DNA of 63,719 nt, counting the filler, from Reticulomyxa filosa (lineage: Eukaryota > Protista > Foraminifera): the NCBI GenBank assembly GCA_000512085.1. It is 11 parts of 11 records of this genome, joined end to end, with 100 filler letters (N's around TTAATTAATTAA, not from the genome) between each part and the next. Parts side by side here need not be neighbours in the genome. Positions count along the whole stretch, not along the records: positions 1 to 27,743 come from ASPP01008300.1; positions 27,844 to 39,744 come from ASPP01007452.1; 9 more parts are not named here. The stretch is one strand, 5' to 3'. The translations under genes and the position numbers were made by a program. Shown here in pieces: positions 25,301 through 37,727 of the stretch (positions are counted from its first letter, which is position 1; the number at the start of each line of letters is the position of its first letter). The notes beneath the pieces were generated by a model. The model made no database searches. It saw only the letters and a program-made list of their open reading frames with translations, and was not told the origin of the DNA.

Positions 25301-27705
25301 GACAATTCATCGAATATCAGTACTGTCAGTCTTGTGTCATTCAAATGTATTTGAATTCAAAAAAAAAAAAAGCAATGCTTTACATTCATTTGATCAGATA
25401 TATAAATATACACTTTTATATTTATACATTGTATACATTACCCAGAAACGATCAAATTGGCAAATTCCGACTTTTCTTCCGACAGTTGGTACGAGTTTTC
25501 GAAAGCCTCAAGGATAACAAGTTTCAAGTCCGCAAACTCGCATTTGTCCAAAGTATTGGACGAGATTTGATTCATTTGACACGCCTGAAAATGCGTGCCA
25601 CACGAGATGAGCGTGGAGGCGATGGACAACACTTGTATGGTGTGATCCACATCGATGTCGCTTTGCGGCTCGGATTTATTGTTGCCTTCTTTTTTTTTTT
25701 CCCAACATTGCAGCACTCTTTGATCACGTGGACGAACGAAGGTATCAGTACCTGGACGCCCTTCAAATTTTTTCCAAAGATGCAGCCCTTTGCGCATTCT
25801 CGAACGATAATGCATTGGATTTTGTTATTGGCAGTTTGCAGTCCCTGTGGAATAAAGGATAAATAAAGACATTAGATGTGAATGTTAATAGCGTGATGAG
25901 CAATGAAAGGACGAATAATACATAGAATACAGAATACATAGAATACAGAATACATAGAATACAGAATACAGAATACATAGAATACATAGAATACAGAATA
26001 TAAAATACGGACACCTCCAAGATCAATTGGTAGAAGAGCGACAATACTTCATCGGAACATGGGACCTCTGATGGTGTGAACATTATGTGGGCGAGACATT
26101 CAAAGGCAGTTGCAAATTCGACGCGCTGCAATTCTTGTTGGAATGACTGCTTTTTCAAAATAGTGAAACACAGTTTGAACAAATACGGCGCGAATGTGTA
26201 CGCCAATGTCTTTCCTTGTGGCAACAGATGCCTCGGCGGCAGTGGCAACACGTCCAAAATGGTGGAATGGAAGTGCTCCGTGTCACTGATATTGATGGGG
26301 ACGGGGATTGTGGCAAATGAAAACCCGTATTCTTTGGCCAGATCGATGTCGGACGTGTCCAACGACGAGGATGTGATCATAGTGGTGGAAACAGAGGTCA
26401 CTGCACTATTCAGCGGAGTCATATTCCCTGTCAAGTTCGTCGAGCTCCCGGACATCATCATCTCTTGGTTTGCTCGTTTGATGCTCTCTTTCACGCGTCT
26501 CGCCGCCGACATTGGCACTGTGTACAGTATGATGATGAATATCTTCAACGCGTCCGTAAAGCCTTCCAAGTGCAGTCGTCGAGAGATCTCGTTTTCATTT
26601 TCCGTGGGATCTCCTAACAAATGCAGTATGCGATCCCATATCATGTGTGCTTGACCAAAGTTCTGAACATTTATTTTTGTTTATTTGCTTTTCCCAATCA
26701 TCAATGTCCATCCTCATCCTCATCCTCATTCTCTGAAAAGAACAGAGGAATAGAACAAAACAAACAAACAAAAAACTGAAAATTCGAAATTGATCATATT
26801 AATTTCTTTGCATCGATCATCAACCGAAAAAGACTCTTTAAAAAAGCTATCGTAGACTTTGTCTTGTACTAATGACCATATATCATCTCCTTTGTTCTTT
26901 TTCTTTGAGTCTTCGTTTTCTTTTTCTTTGTCTTCATCATCGTCGGCGCTTCTTGCATGGAACCGTAATGTCTCTACAGTCAGCGTACGTACCATTTCCT
27001 TTTGTTTTGTCGTCGTCCCCCCCCCACCCACACACACATGCACATTTTGCTAAATCAAATTCCCAATTTAGAAAAAAAAAATTGTACAAAACTCTCCAGA
27101 CAATAACGAATGGCTGGTAACGCATCAACTTTGCAAGCTTTCTCATCAATATCTCAAACATATAATTAGCAGTGGCGGGATTTGTAATCGAACATAGCAC
27201 TAATGATCTGAACAAAGACTATTTATCGTCTCATAACATGTTTGATGCATTTGCAGTTGCAAAGCAAATCACAATCCAATCAATCAATCAATTGACCAAA
27301 CAAACAAACAAAACAAATAAACAAAAAGCAAGGGTATCTCATTATTGTCGTTGCTATGACTGTTAATATATTGATGTTGCAGAGTTGAATGGACAGACAT
27401 ACATGAATCAAAGGGTACACCAACTCGTCTAAACAATTTTGGTCAAGGAGTTGGTTTTGAGCCATTTTGAGAATTGTATTTAATTGACAATTGATTATGG
27501 TTTTCCAAGTTTGAGGCTCCCACTGAGTGAATGTTTGATAAGAAGCGATGCGGAACAAATATACCACAAATGCACTCAATTGAAGTTTTTGGTCCAAGTT
27601 TGTAGATGAAACACTAGAAATTTCCATCATCAGTGTCATTCGCTCGAATATTTCTCTGCAGTACTCTTGGTATTTTGACTTGAATTCATCTGTCACTTTG
27701 AAACC

Positions 27706-27743
<38 letters not shown>
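22382..27743 (-). CDS. RALGAPA: Rap/Ran-GAP-domain protein, Ral GTPase-activating protein alpha-subunit-like (5'-partial)
   Basis: REFHKIGVEFV...YEKFVEDLGWMIDLTVHEGFVGGL...YYATATYEMLFHVATRM...RKRHVANDHVNIIW (Asn thumb), FGPL...LVRLTALEANR. Upstream WDRILHLLGD and VRMIVRDESGKCCW match RalGAP-alpha rather than TSC2. Runs off the contig end. Confidence 0.78.
25921..26000. repeat. Intronic compound tandem repeat (CATAGAATA / CAGAATA units)
   Basis: Mixed 9-nt and 7-nt units seen directly. They translate as spurious YSMYSVFC repeats in ORF 25763..26644. Confidence 0.9.
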
Positions 27744-27843
27744 NNNNNNNNNNNNNNNNNNNNNNNNNNNNNNNNNNNNNNNNNNNNTTAATTAATTAAN
27801 NNNNNNNNNNNNNNNNNNNNNNNNNNNNNNNNNNNNNNNNNNN
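27744..27843. other. Artificial contig-joining spacer N44-TTAATTAATTAA-N44
   Basis: 100 nt, with stop codons in all six frames. Identical spacers occur at 39745-39844, 44257-44356, 46938-47037, 48366-48465, 50382-50481, 55786-55885, 57440-57539, 60877-60976 and 62620-62719. Confidence 0.98.
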
Positions 27844-27847
27844 CTAT

Positions 27848-27892
<45 letters not shown>

Positions 27893-27934
27893 TTATAGAT
27901 ATAATGAATGCACAGCACTCTTTGATTGCCATAC

Positions 27935-28432
27935 CACTACATGTCATGATACCATTCAGGCAAGAATATTCGCTTTGACACGCTTTTAAACATGTAATCG
28001 AGCCAACCGAGTTAAAATCTGCACCAGTTCTTGAATCGCAATACATGTTTACACTGTCACAAGCATCACGACCACCACTGCAATATACCTAGGTTTTTGC
28101 CACTGTATACATTCACTTTTTTGCATGCATTTGATCCCATGCATTCCACTTCAACGCTCACTGAGAGTGCCGTGGCTGGACTTATTATATTTAGATTGAT
28201 ACATGGCCTATCGCCTGTTTAACGAAATTTTGCATTTTATTTTGTTTTGTTGTGTTGTTTATATGCAAGTCTTCTACTTTAGAAATGCGAACGTTCCAAA
28301 CACTTTGGTTAACTGGTACAATTGACTTTGCAAACCGCAACGTCCGTGCAAAATAAATCGCCTGTGATTATCCCCAGGATACTTGTGGAAGGGGTACATA
28401 GAGCAACGAGTATCAAAAGAAAAATATAAACA
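27935..28432 (-). CDS. Cysteine-rich secreted/surface protein fragment (CxGxxAC-type repeats), 3'-partial
   Basis: Reverse-strand reading ECMGSNACKKVNV..YCSGRDACDSVNMYCD...ACQSEYSCLNGIMTCSG, with a hydrophobic N-terminal stretch near 28390-28432. Contains frame breaks. Confidence 0.4.
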
Positions 28433-28840
28433 TTTGCCCGAATTGGATTTTTTAAAAATCTTTAAACCTTTTTTCCAATTAATTTCAAATCTTTTGACTA
28501 GTACAATGAAAATACTGTGCTTAGAAAGAGAGTAAAAGGATTTTGATTGTTTGCAATGTATCAAACTATTTTTACTCTCTTTTTATTTCTTCATTTCATT
28601 TTCGTTAATATTATATTGTACATGCTTAGCGTCAGGAAAGAAGAATCAAAAAATCTAGCCCGCACTGTGTCACAATTTATAATTCCTCAATAAAAAACTT
28701 TGATTTTTTACTGATCGCAATACACAAACGAAAAACAGCGACTGGTTGGGCAAGGTAGCTTGAAGAGTTTAAAAAAGAAAGCCTTGGTTCATAATTCGTT
28801 AATCAAAAAAAAAGAGAAAATAATATTTAGAATTAGGACA

Positions 28841-29167
28841 ATGTCACATTCAACTCCTATAACAGCAAATACAAACAATGCGCAGACAACAAATGTGAAA
28901 CCCAAAATTGAAAAATTGTCGATAGGGTCCTTGGCCAGCACTAAAACATTTTTGGAGAAGATAAAAAATCAGAATGAAAAATTGCAAGAGCAGATCAAAA
29001 AAGATGGAATTGAAAAAATATCAATTGAACACGAACCAGATATATCCAATGCAAATAAAGATTACATTTCATTAAACTTATTCTTTCCTGAGGACGTCGA
29101 TGAAGAGACATGGGCAAAGCAGATCAAACAAAATACTGACAATTTATTGGGGATTAACTCCAAGTAA
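28841..29167 (+). CDS. NOP58 chaperone NOPCHAP1/C12orf45 (DUF4598)-like small protein
   Basis: LASTKTFLEKIKNQNEKLQEQ...ISIEH...YISLNL resembles the family pattern L..V..FLP.M..AN..L...F.IE...I.MD. ATG at 28841. Confidence 0.5.
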   Translation: MSHSTPITANTNNAQTTNVKPKIEKLSIGSLASTKTFLEKIKNQNEKLQEQIKKDGIEKISIEHEPDISNANKDYISLNLFFPEDVDEETWAKQIKQNTDNLLGINSK

Positions 29168-30571
29168 AATATTTATCAGATGTTCCTTTTTCGATTATAT
29201 TAAAGCCATGCATTCCTCCGAAGCTATCTTAATGAAATTAACAAATTCTTTCATCAAATACAAGTAGCCATTGTAAAATCTTCTGGCCTCTTTTGAGAAA
29301 TGAAAAAAATTTTGTACTATGCAAATTTGAAAAAGGCAACTGCATTAAGGTCTGAATTAATTTTTGTTGTTTTTTTTTCTTCAAGAAAGCTCTTTGTTCC
29401 AAACGCAATGTCAAAAATACAAAATGGCTTCGATCGTAGGAAAGTTAAATCTTTTTAGTCGAAAACTCAATACTAAATTTTGGTCAGTTTGGAGGGTGAT
29501 TTTACTCCCAGTGATTGATTATTGTCAGTTCAATGGACCGAAGCATAAACAACAAAGGCAATAATGGGGAAACACTCAAATATATTTAATAAATGGATAA
29601 TTCAAAACGTGTCCATATTCATAGCTCATTAACTCTTGGTCAACAATACTATTGAAATATAATGAAACAAAAACTGTTTTTAGTTTAGACTTAGAAACAC
29701 AAATGGAAAAATCTTTTTTTTTATATGTAAAGTAAATCATATCGGACTAATGCTTTAATTTTTTTATAACGTTTGCATTTTAAAAATAAAGACAAAATAA
29801 ATTAAAAGGATATATAAAATTAACAAATAAAAATTTTAAAAAGTTTGTGGCGTTGTTTAAATCAAGACAGTATATCTTCATTTTAGTTGTTCATGTCCAT
29901 CCTAAATAGCTTATGTTTTGTTGTCTATGTCTAGCTGGAATTGCCTTCATTTGGTTCTTAAATCACTTTTATTGTAAGTTGTTTGTCTCGTGTGCATTGA
30001 ATGAATCGAAGATATTTGCTTCATCACTTTTGTTGTTTTTTCCATATTTGGCTTTCCCATTGCCAATGATAAAATTGAGTTTTTAAAATAGAATAATAAA
30101 ATGTTGATCAATACATTAGAACATAGAAAAGATTGAAGCCAATGTCATAATCAATTTTTTCCAAATATGCAAATAATGTAGTTTTTCATATCGTTTGGTT
30201 TTTATCTATATTTTATAATTTTTTCAAAACTTTAATCTTTTATTTTTTAATTTCAAAAAGTTGACATTTGGACCTATCAGTTCAAAATCTTCAATTATGT
30301 AGAATAAAAAATCGACAATATTCAAAAGCTACATGTTTGCAGATATTTGGAAAAACGGATTGATTAAATGTTTATTTTTTATGAAAACCTCAATTTTTCT
30401 AAAGAACGATTTATTATTTTTTTGCAGTTGCAAACCTTAATTGTTTGTATTATCAAATAAAGTCAAAGCAAGGTGTATATCTACTATTATGAATTAGCTA
30501 TTACACTAAACAAAATAATTAGATTTGATAATTTTTTTAAGTCTTTGAATGGGAATGCAACTGTGCATACA

Positions 30572-31126
30572 TTAGTTGGATACTTTCATCATTAATGTAA
30601 TACAATCACCTTTCAGCAAAATTCTTCCCAATGTCTTTCTGGTTTTCTTTTTTAAGTCCAACTCTTCAGCGTCATCCAATGTCAAATTCATGTATTCATC
30701 AAATCCCTGTGTTTTTTTATTTCTTTACTGGAAAAGTCCTTTTTTTTTTTTTTGCTTTGTATTACATATGAATATGTGTACTGTTTGAAATCAGTAGATT
30801 TGTAGTCATACAATAATTCTTCCTTCAATTCTCATATTTACTTGCTCGTACTATTTATTGTTGTGTGATTTGTTGTGATTATGTGTGACACGTGGCAACT
30901 GTCCCTTTTTTTCCAGTCTTATTGCTGATTTCATACCAGCCATATTTGGACTCGTGCTTTGTTTTGAAGGAAGCGAAAGATAAGATTGACTGTTCAGTTA
31001 TCAAAACCATTTGTTTTTACAATGCATGACTCACCTTTTCTTTTATGTAAGAAACTAAAGAAAAATATTAAATTATCAACTGGGCTGTGCCATCACTTTT
31101 TTCACTTTCTTTGTATTCTGGAACAT
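30572..31126 (-). CDS. SNRPE: Small nuclear ribonucleoprotein E (Sm-E), 4 exons; absent from ORF track
   Basis: Spliced product [33 protein letters not shown]|[13 protein letters not shown]|[44 protein letters not shown], across three GT-AG introns. Confidence 0.95.
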
Positions 31127-31513
31127 GATTTGATTAAGATGGAGAGATGGTCCCTTGTTGAATTCTTCAAAGTTTTATCCTTGGAAATTTTCGTTTTTGA
31201 ATGTGTTGGGAACGCATGCTAAAAGGAAAAAGCCAACTAATAATTATTATCCAAAAGGTATAAATTTGAGAAAAAAAACAGTCAAGCAACGCGTTTTTTG
31301 TTCGATAAAACATTCTTTTGAAAAAAAAAAATAGCTGACTCTACATAATATTGGAGTACTGTTTTTCGTACGTGAGAGGAAAAAGAGAAGAGGAATTATT
31401 CTGTTAACATCGACAAATGAGATTGGTGTAAAGACAAAACAAATAAACAACAACAACGACAACAACAACAACAGTGGCAACAAAAATTTGGCCCGAGCAG
31501 TCATAGGAAAATG

Positions 31514-32371
31514 TCAGTGTTCAAAAGTGACCAAGTCAGTGAATAAATTTGTAAAAAACCAAGAATCAGCAGATTTAATGCCAAACAAAGAATTGTCGAT
31601 TTTGGCAATTTGGATCATTCCACCTTCCTCCCCTGGCAATACAAACCTCGGAATAAGTTTGGAGTTGGCTGGGAATGAGCACTGAGTCATGGCATAAATT
31701 TCTTTGATTTCTTCGTGCGTACGCCGTCCACCATTTTTTTCGTTAAGATAATTTTTGGGATAATTAACACAAGCAAATTGAATGGTGTTTTTTTCTATGT
31801 CCAGTTGTAAATCGATCACAAAATGATTCCACGAGTCCCATTGAAGCCAATTATTGTTCGATACACCACCATTATTATAAACCTGTCCCCAGTTGGAAAT
31901 CGACCATTGGCCTGTGTTGGAGTAGTATTCATGAGTATATTCTTGTCCAACTATGCCAATCCCAAGTGTCAGCCAAAATGTCCTTACTTGTGTATTGAAT
32001 ACATCTTTTTGTGTTTGAATGCGCCACGTATGTACCCCTGATGTCACACTATACTCTTCATTCAAAACAATACAACCGTAGCCCTCATGCAACAGTTCGT
32101 TTTGCAACACGCACGTATCACCTCCTGGAAATGAATACATCATTTTTTGTCCAAATGACTTGCAGTGGTGGAAACTTAGGCGTTGCTCGTTGCCATAAGT
32201 CACAATTAATTTTATTAAATCCATTGGGTAATTTCGATACATATCACAGTACTCTCGGGTCCAGTTTTCTAGCACTAGTGTGATCATTTTTTCTAAAGAC
32301 GATGGCGGAGTCTTCAATTTTTGCTTGAAAAGTGATAGATTTGTCGGCAAAGAATTCTCTTTGGAATACAT
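31514..32371 (-). CDS. WxR-motif plus SPRY/B30.2-like domain protein (intronless)
   Basis: MITLVLENWTR...YPMDLIKLIVTY, then SGVHTWRI...LGIGIV...IDLQLDIEKNTIQF...LIPRF, typical of SPRY strands. Likely ATG at 32371. Confidence 0.6.
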   Translation of the reverse strand: MYSKENSLPTNLSLFKQKLKTPPSSLEKMITLVLENWTREYCDMYRNYPMDLIKLIVTYGNEQRLSFHHCKSFGQKMMYSFPGGDTCVLQNELLHEGYGCIVLNEEYSVTSGVHTWRIQTQKDVFNTQVRTFWLTLGIGIVGQEYTHEYYSNTGQWSISNWGQVYNNGGVSNNNWLQWDSWNHFVIDLQLDIEKNTIQFACVNYPKNYLNEKNGGRRTHEEIKEIYAMTQCSFPANSKLIPRFVLPGEEGGMIQIAKIDNSLFGIKSADSWFFTNLFTDLVTFEH

Positions 32372-32871
32372 TTTGGTCGATATACGCCTATTTACCCCCT
32401 TTTCGTTTTTCAGCGGGTTATTTCCAGTATTCCCAAAAAAAAACTTACTTTTCGGTTTGTTTTTTGTTATCCAATAAAGTGACAAATTACCACAACATTC
32501 AAATATAATCTTACATGTCGCATTTTTATTGTTTTTGTTTTGCTTTACCAACAAAATTATTTGAGCTCCTTTGTCAAATATCTTTTGCGGAAAAAATAAA
32601 TTAAAAGATCAGAAAAATTGTAAGGAGCAATAAAAAGAACATAAAAATATGAAATGTTTTGTGTTGTGCTACAACATGAAAAAATTTAGTATAATATATT
32701 TTTAAAAACAATTTTAAAAAGTCGATTATTTTTGAAAAGCTTTAAACAATCTAAATTTTTACTTTATGAAGTCTGTTTCAACTCAATTGTGTTGGATTAT
32801 GATATAAACTGGCGTCTTTAAGTAAAATAACTTCTCCTTGCTTTGCAAATCAGTAGCTGATTAAAAATTAA

Positions 32872-34815
32872 ATGAGCAACGTAAACTTTCCAAAACCGAA
32901 CTTAGAAGTTCTTCAAAAGAGCTGTTACATACAAAAACGCTCACATGCTTTAACATCCAGCAGTAAAAGGGTCAATATCACTGCTTCCAAGATACGAGCA
33001 CAAGAAACACCAATCAAACATCAGCAGACGTTCTCACGAACCGAGAGACTCCACAACACTTCAAACAAAAAAACCCCTCGTGTCAGAAGAGCCTCTCTAA
33101 TAAGTGATGATGAAAGAGAAGAAGGACTGTATGGAGCTTTTACAATATCCGCAAATGAACTTGTTCAAAAACAATTTAGTTGCAAGTCATATTTCAGAAA
33201 GCACTATATTTCCCATGGGGTAATTGGCAACGGTTCATTTGGGATTGTATACAAGTGTCAGCACAAAAAAGACGGCGAGATTTGCGCAGTAAAAAAATCG
33301 CGCAAAAAACTGCGTTCGCAGCAACAAAAGCTGTTGGGATTAAAAGAGAAGCAAATAATTGAGAAATTGTTTTGGAAAAGTGGGACATCGTCGCGACCAT
33401 TCAAGCACCCCCATTTGGTGGAATATCATGAAACTTGGGTGCAACATGAGCGCCTATTTATAAGTCAGGAGTACTTTCCACATGGGACACTGAAAGAAGT
33501 GATAACCTTTAATCCTTGTTTCGACAGCACTCAGCTGTTGGTTATCTTTTTGCACATTGCAAGCGGCCTTCGACACATTCACGAGCATAACATAGTGCAT
33601 TTGGACTTGAAACCGGAGAACATTTTCATTTCCAATACGAAGATGTTGAAGATCGGGGACTTTGGCATATCATACGACCTGAGTGACCCAGAAACTTCCG
33701 GAAATTTCGTGGAGGGCGACCCCATCTATGTATCGCCCGAGTTGCTGAATGAAGACATGTCCGTGGACGGGTGTCGAAATGTGACAAAAGCCGCGGATAT
33801 ATTTTCGTTGGGGATTCTGCTGTTCGAACTCTTGTGCGATGTGAGTGCACCCAGTCACGGATCGCAATGGCATCAATTGCGAAATGACCAAGTCAACTTT
33901 GCCAACCCTGTAAACCCAGCTCTGGCAATGGCACGACCTCGATCTCATCCGCAAGAGTTATACCACTTGTGCCGACAAATGCTGTCGCGACAAGTATCCA
34001 AACGCCCCTCTGTAAATGCGCTTTGGAATAAGTTGCTTCGCTTTTCGGAGACACAAGACGTACTCCATTTTCATTCGCTTCGTGACGACCACTTACCACC
34101 GATCCCGAGTATTTCCTTACCTCCATCTATGGACGGTCTTCCTCCTCCTCTTCCTAAATGCTTCATTAATGGGATTGACACACATATCGTCAATATCGAC
34201 AGCTGCAGTGAAGAAAGTGAGCTCAATGTGGACTTTTGTACTGCGAGTCCTTCTATTCAACAACAACAACAACAACAACAACAACAGAAAAGACGACAAT
34301 TATCGTCATTGTCTCATGTTCGGGCTCCTCCGCTTCTTCATCTTCCACAAGTAAATAAATGTGATTTGTATACCAATTCGAACAATACCTTTGTCATAAA
34401 TGACCAAGCGCTGTTGTTCCCAATGGATCTGTGTAAACCCACCGATGTGGCTGTTGATGAAATGTTGTGTGAGTGGCCGAGTTTGGAGGCGGATCCCACT
34501 TGGCCTGAATGCATGCGTCAGTGCAGTGGCTCCGACTTTCGGACAAGTCCGTATCGCATGTCCATGTCTTTCGAAGCGGAGTCAACTATCAAAGGCCGTA
34601 CCTGTGATCGTGATCGCTGCTTGCATATGTCGCCGCTGGAGTTTTCAGAGTCCTCTTTTGCAAGTGAATCTGGCTCCAATGATCCTACGAAAAATAGCGT
34701 GCGTCGATGCCTGTTTCGAGATGACTTTCGAATGGATATTGACGACGACAACTGTGACCAAAAATCGGATGATTGTAGCGAGTCATGTTCGCCCATTAAA
34801 CTTAATTTCTCCTAA
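32872..34815 (+). CDS. Wee1/Myt1-family protein kinase (intronless)
   Basis: IGNGSFGIVYKC, AVKKSRK, HPHLVEYHETW, VHLDLKPENIFI, KIGDFG, EGDPIYVSPELL, ADIFSLG...WHQLR. The EGD and W..LR features are typical of Wee1/Myt1. Confidence 0.9.
   Translation: MSNVNFPKPNLEVLQKSCYIQKRSHALTSSSKRVNITASKIRAQETPIKHQQTFSRTERLHNTSNKKTPRVRRASLISDDEREEGLYGAFTISANELVQKQFSCKSYFRKHYISHGVIGNGSFGIVYKCQHKKDGEICAVKKSRKKLRSQQQKLLGLKEKQIIEKLFWKSGTSSRPFKHPHLVEYHETWVQHERLFISQEYFPHGTLKEVITFNPCFDSTQLLVIFLHIASGLRHIHEHNIVHLDLKPENIFISNTKMLKIGDFGISYDLSDPETSGNFVEGDPIYVSPELLNEDMSVDGCRNVTKAADIFSLGILLFELLCDVSAPSHGSQWHQLRNDQVNFANPVNPALAMARPRSHPQELYHLCRQMLSRQVSKRPSVNALWNKLLRFSETQDVLHFHSLRDDHLPPIPSISLPPSMDGLPPPLPKCFINGIDTHIVNIDSCSEESELNVDFCTASPSIQQQQQQQQQQKRRQLSSLSHVRAPPLLHLPQVNKCDLYTNSNNTFVINDQALLFPMDLCKPTDVAVDEMLCEWPSLEADPTWPECMRQCSGSDFRTSPYRMSMSFEAESTIKGRTCDRDRCLHMSPLEFSESSFASESGSNDPTKNSVRRCLFRDDFRMDIDDDNCDQKSDDCSESCSPIKLNFS
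34258..34287 (+). repeat. (CAA)9CAG coding poly-Q tract
   Basis: Seen directly; Q10 in the kinase C-terminal tail. Confidence 0.95.
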
Positions 34816-35725
34816 TTTTGGAGGACGCTTTGGAGGCCAACAAAGGAGAAGAGAATCTTTGGAGAGAGGGAGGGGTGCGAAAATTAATAAATAAATAACG
34901 AAAACAGAGGGTGGGGAAAAAAAATAGTAAAAAAAAAAAATATATATATATATAAAAATTAAAAAAAATGGAAAATTATATTAATATATATGTATATGAA
35001 TACAGTTTAATTTGTTTAATTTAGTAAAAAAAATGTATATCACATTGTTTGTGTTTAGTTTACTTTTAATTTTACTTTACTTTACTTTGCTTTTGTTTGG
35101 TTCACTTTTTTTATTTTTGTTGTTGTCGATTTTTTTTTTAGGAATGTTTTTTTTGGAATGTGATCCGACGGAACGGAAAGGTAACTTTTAATGACAGAAA
35201 GATCACTGCACATTTTAGCACGAAATATTATTTAAATTGTAATTTTTATTTTGTTATTTTAATTAAAGGCAAATCAATTTGGAAATGAACTTTTTCTCAG
35301 ATTTACTTAATTCCTTATGCTTTTTCTTCTTGCGAGTACCTATCTTGTACATTTTTATTTATTCTTATAACAGTTTTTTTGAAACGATCTACTTCACGCT
35401 TGACTATGTCTGTTTCCATTCGAACATCTCTTTTTAACACTTTTTAAGGGAAATAATATCCAGTAAATGAAATTTAGTAATAACTGATCACTGCTCAAAC
35501 GGTGATCTCGGTGTAATTTTTAGAGAATACTTCTTTGCAACTTTGGGCCAAAGGAACAAATAACTAGAGTTGAGTAAATTGAATTGTAAAATTTTAGTTA
35601 AGTTGAATAAACTTATATTTTAAAATTGACATCCTTGTGAAAAAAAAAGAGCTGAAGTAATTATGACTAGAAAAAAAGGGGGAGAAAAAAAGTGAAAAAG
35701 TCTAGCATCTGTCTGCTTTTGTAAT

Positions 35726-37323
35726 ATGCCGTCTTATCAAAGCAAAGAGTATTGGGATTTGCGTTACTTTGATAACCTTGACATTTTTGATTGGTATTGC
35801 ACATATGCCGACGTAAAAAGTTATATAGACGATTGTTTTAACAAGTTATCACAAGTCTTTTATTATGAAACGATGACATCTAGAGGGGATGAAGCCTTTT
35901 CCACAACAATCCAAGAGAATAATGCAAGTGACAATAAGGAGGATAAGAATGAAAAAAAAGAAAATGAAGAGCATTCCCAACAAAACCATGTCCCAAAAAT
36001 CGTATATATGCCAATGCCGTCGCAAAATGCGGAAAGCAGCAACAAAGAAGCAAAAGTATTTCAATGCAACTTAAATATTTTAGACATGGGTTGTGGAACA
36101 TCATTACTAAGCCATGAATTGTATATGAATTATACGAGTGACAAATACGAATTGCATATTGACGGGATTGACTTCAGTAATCGTTGCATCGATTTTATGA
36201 AGTATTATCACGACAACATTATAATGAAGAATGTGGATACGAAAGCAAAGAAGAACAAAATATCTTTTGAAACCTTGTCATTGGAAGAAGTGTACAACAA
36301 AAAAAATGGAGTAAATTGGAATAAATACCATTTAATATTGGACAAAGCATCTATGGATGGGATAATGTGTGGAAATGATGGTCTTGCACAAGCGAAGCAA
36401 AACATTAACAAGTATGCATTCAAAATTCTAAAAAAAGGTGGTATTTATATGATGATCTCGCATACCAAAGATACATTTCGCTCGCAACAGCTCTTTGAGA
36501 ATGGTAAATGGAGCCTGACAGTCCATCCGTTTTATTGTTGGATGGAATTAGCATTTCCAAGCACGAATATGGATGGGTCCATACCTACTACTTTGGATAG
36601 CGCAACTGCTGTGGTTGATGAAAAAAATGAACAAATGACCCATAATTTCAAAATTCCAAATGTGGCCAATTGGCAAATGAAAGCAATGGAATTAAATGCT
36701 GACGTTGCTTACGAATGGAGTGACTCAATTCAAGAGGAAGGCAAGGAGGACGCTGCAATGACGAATAAAAAAAAAAAGCGATTATAATTGATTTGGATAC
36801 AAAAGCACGAGTGGAGAAAGAAACAAATGATATGGCACATCGAATTGAATTAGTTCGCGAAAAATGGAAAGACTCGGTTTTGCCAATGTCTTTGCGATTG
36901 AAAGAAATGGAGGCAGAAATGGCACAATCGATATCAAAAAATGCAAAAAAAAAAAGGATGAAAAAAAAAAATGCAAAAGATGCTGCTGAGAAATTACCGG
37001 TCTCTGATAACAATAATACCCTTGGAAATTGCTCGTTGACTGAACAGCAATTGGCAAAAGAGCTGCACAATAAATTCAATGGCAAAATGGTTTATTGCAA
37101 TGACGTGTACTATCCAGTCTCTCAATTTGATCACAATTCAAAAAGACACGAGATCAATCGCTATCAAAATAATCTTCGTTATTTTCAACAAATTTATAAA
37201 AATGCATTTCCTTTGCAGACCAATCAAAATGACACTACTGAAAAAACTTCTCAAGACGTTCTTCCCAAATTTAGAAAAACTTTTTTTGTTTATTTGGCTA
37301 CAAAGGTCAGTGATGCATTTTAA
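35726..37323 (+). CDS. Class I SAM methyltransferase, EEF1AKMT4/METTL13-like, with long C-terminal insertion
   Basis: YQSKEYWDLRY...FDWY, ILDMGCGTS, GIDFS, LILDKASMDGIMCG, ILKKGGIYMMIS. Continues after the A11 run (36767-36777) into ORF 36793..37323, ending FFVYLATK. Confidence 0.75.
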
Positions 37324-37727
37324 ATGAATAATCTTTTCAACAAATATTCATCTTCCTCAAATTTTAGATGTCTTAATTTTTTACATTTTACTTAAAAATG
37401 AATTGCAGCAATTTGATTTTGACATCTTTATCGTGTGGTCATCGTAAAATGACCACACAATCATTTGCAATTTTATTCATGAAAAGTCATTATTATTTTC
37501 GAGTTTTTAAAAATGTACCGTACATCCTGGAGTAATTTTTAGTAAAAGTGTAAACTTGAAAAAAAATTATTGTTTCAAACGTAAAAAATATTATTCTGTT
37601 TTTCTAAATATCATTTAAATTTAATGTTTATTTTACTGTAATCTCTTTTTGTGTGTTGTAAATGCAAAAGTTGTGTCGCCCGAAATGAAGAAATAGCTGT
37701 CTGATTTCTTGTTAAATGAATAAAAAA

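Noticed and set aside
25921-26000. CRISPR-like or coding repeat
   Set aside because: 7-9-nt units with no spacers, inside an intron.
22382-27743. TSC2/tuberin call
   Set aside because: LGW.IDL..H.GF.GGL, VRD.SGK..W and FGPL motifs fit RalGAP-alpha better.
27788-27799. Recurrent TTAATTAATTAA as a biological repeat, CRISPR-like or PacI-site array
   Set aside because: It is always centred in exactly 44+44 Ns, so it is an assembly linker.
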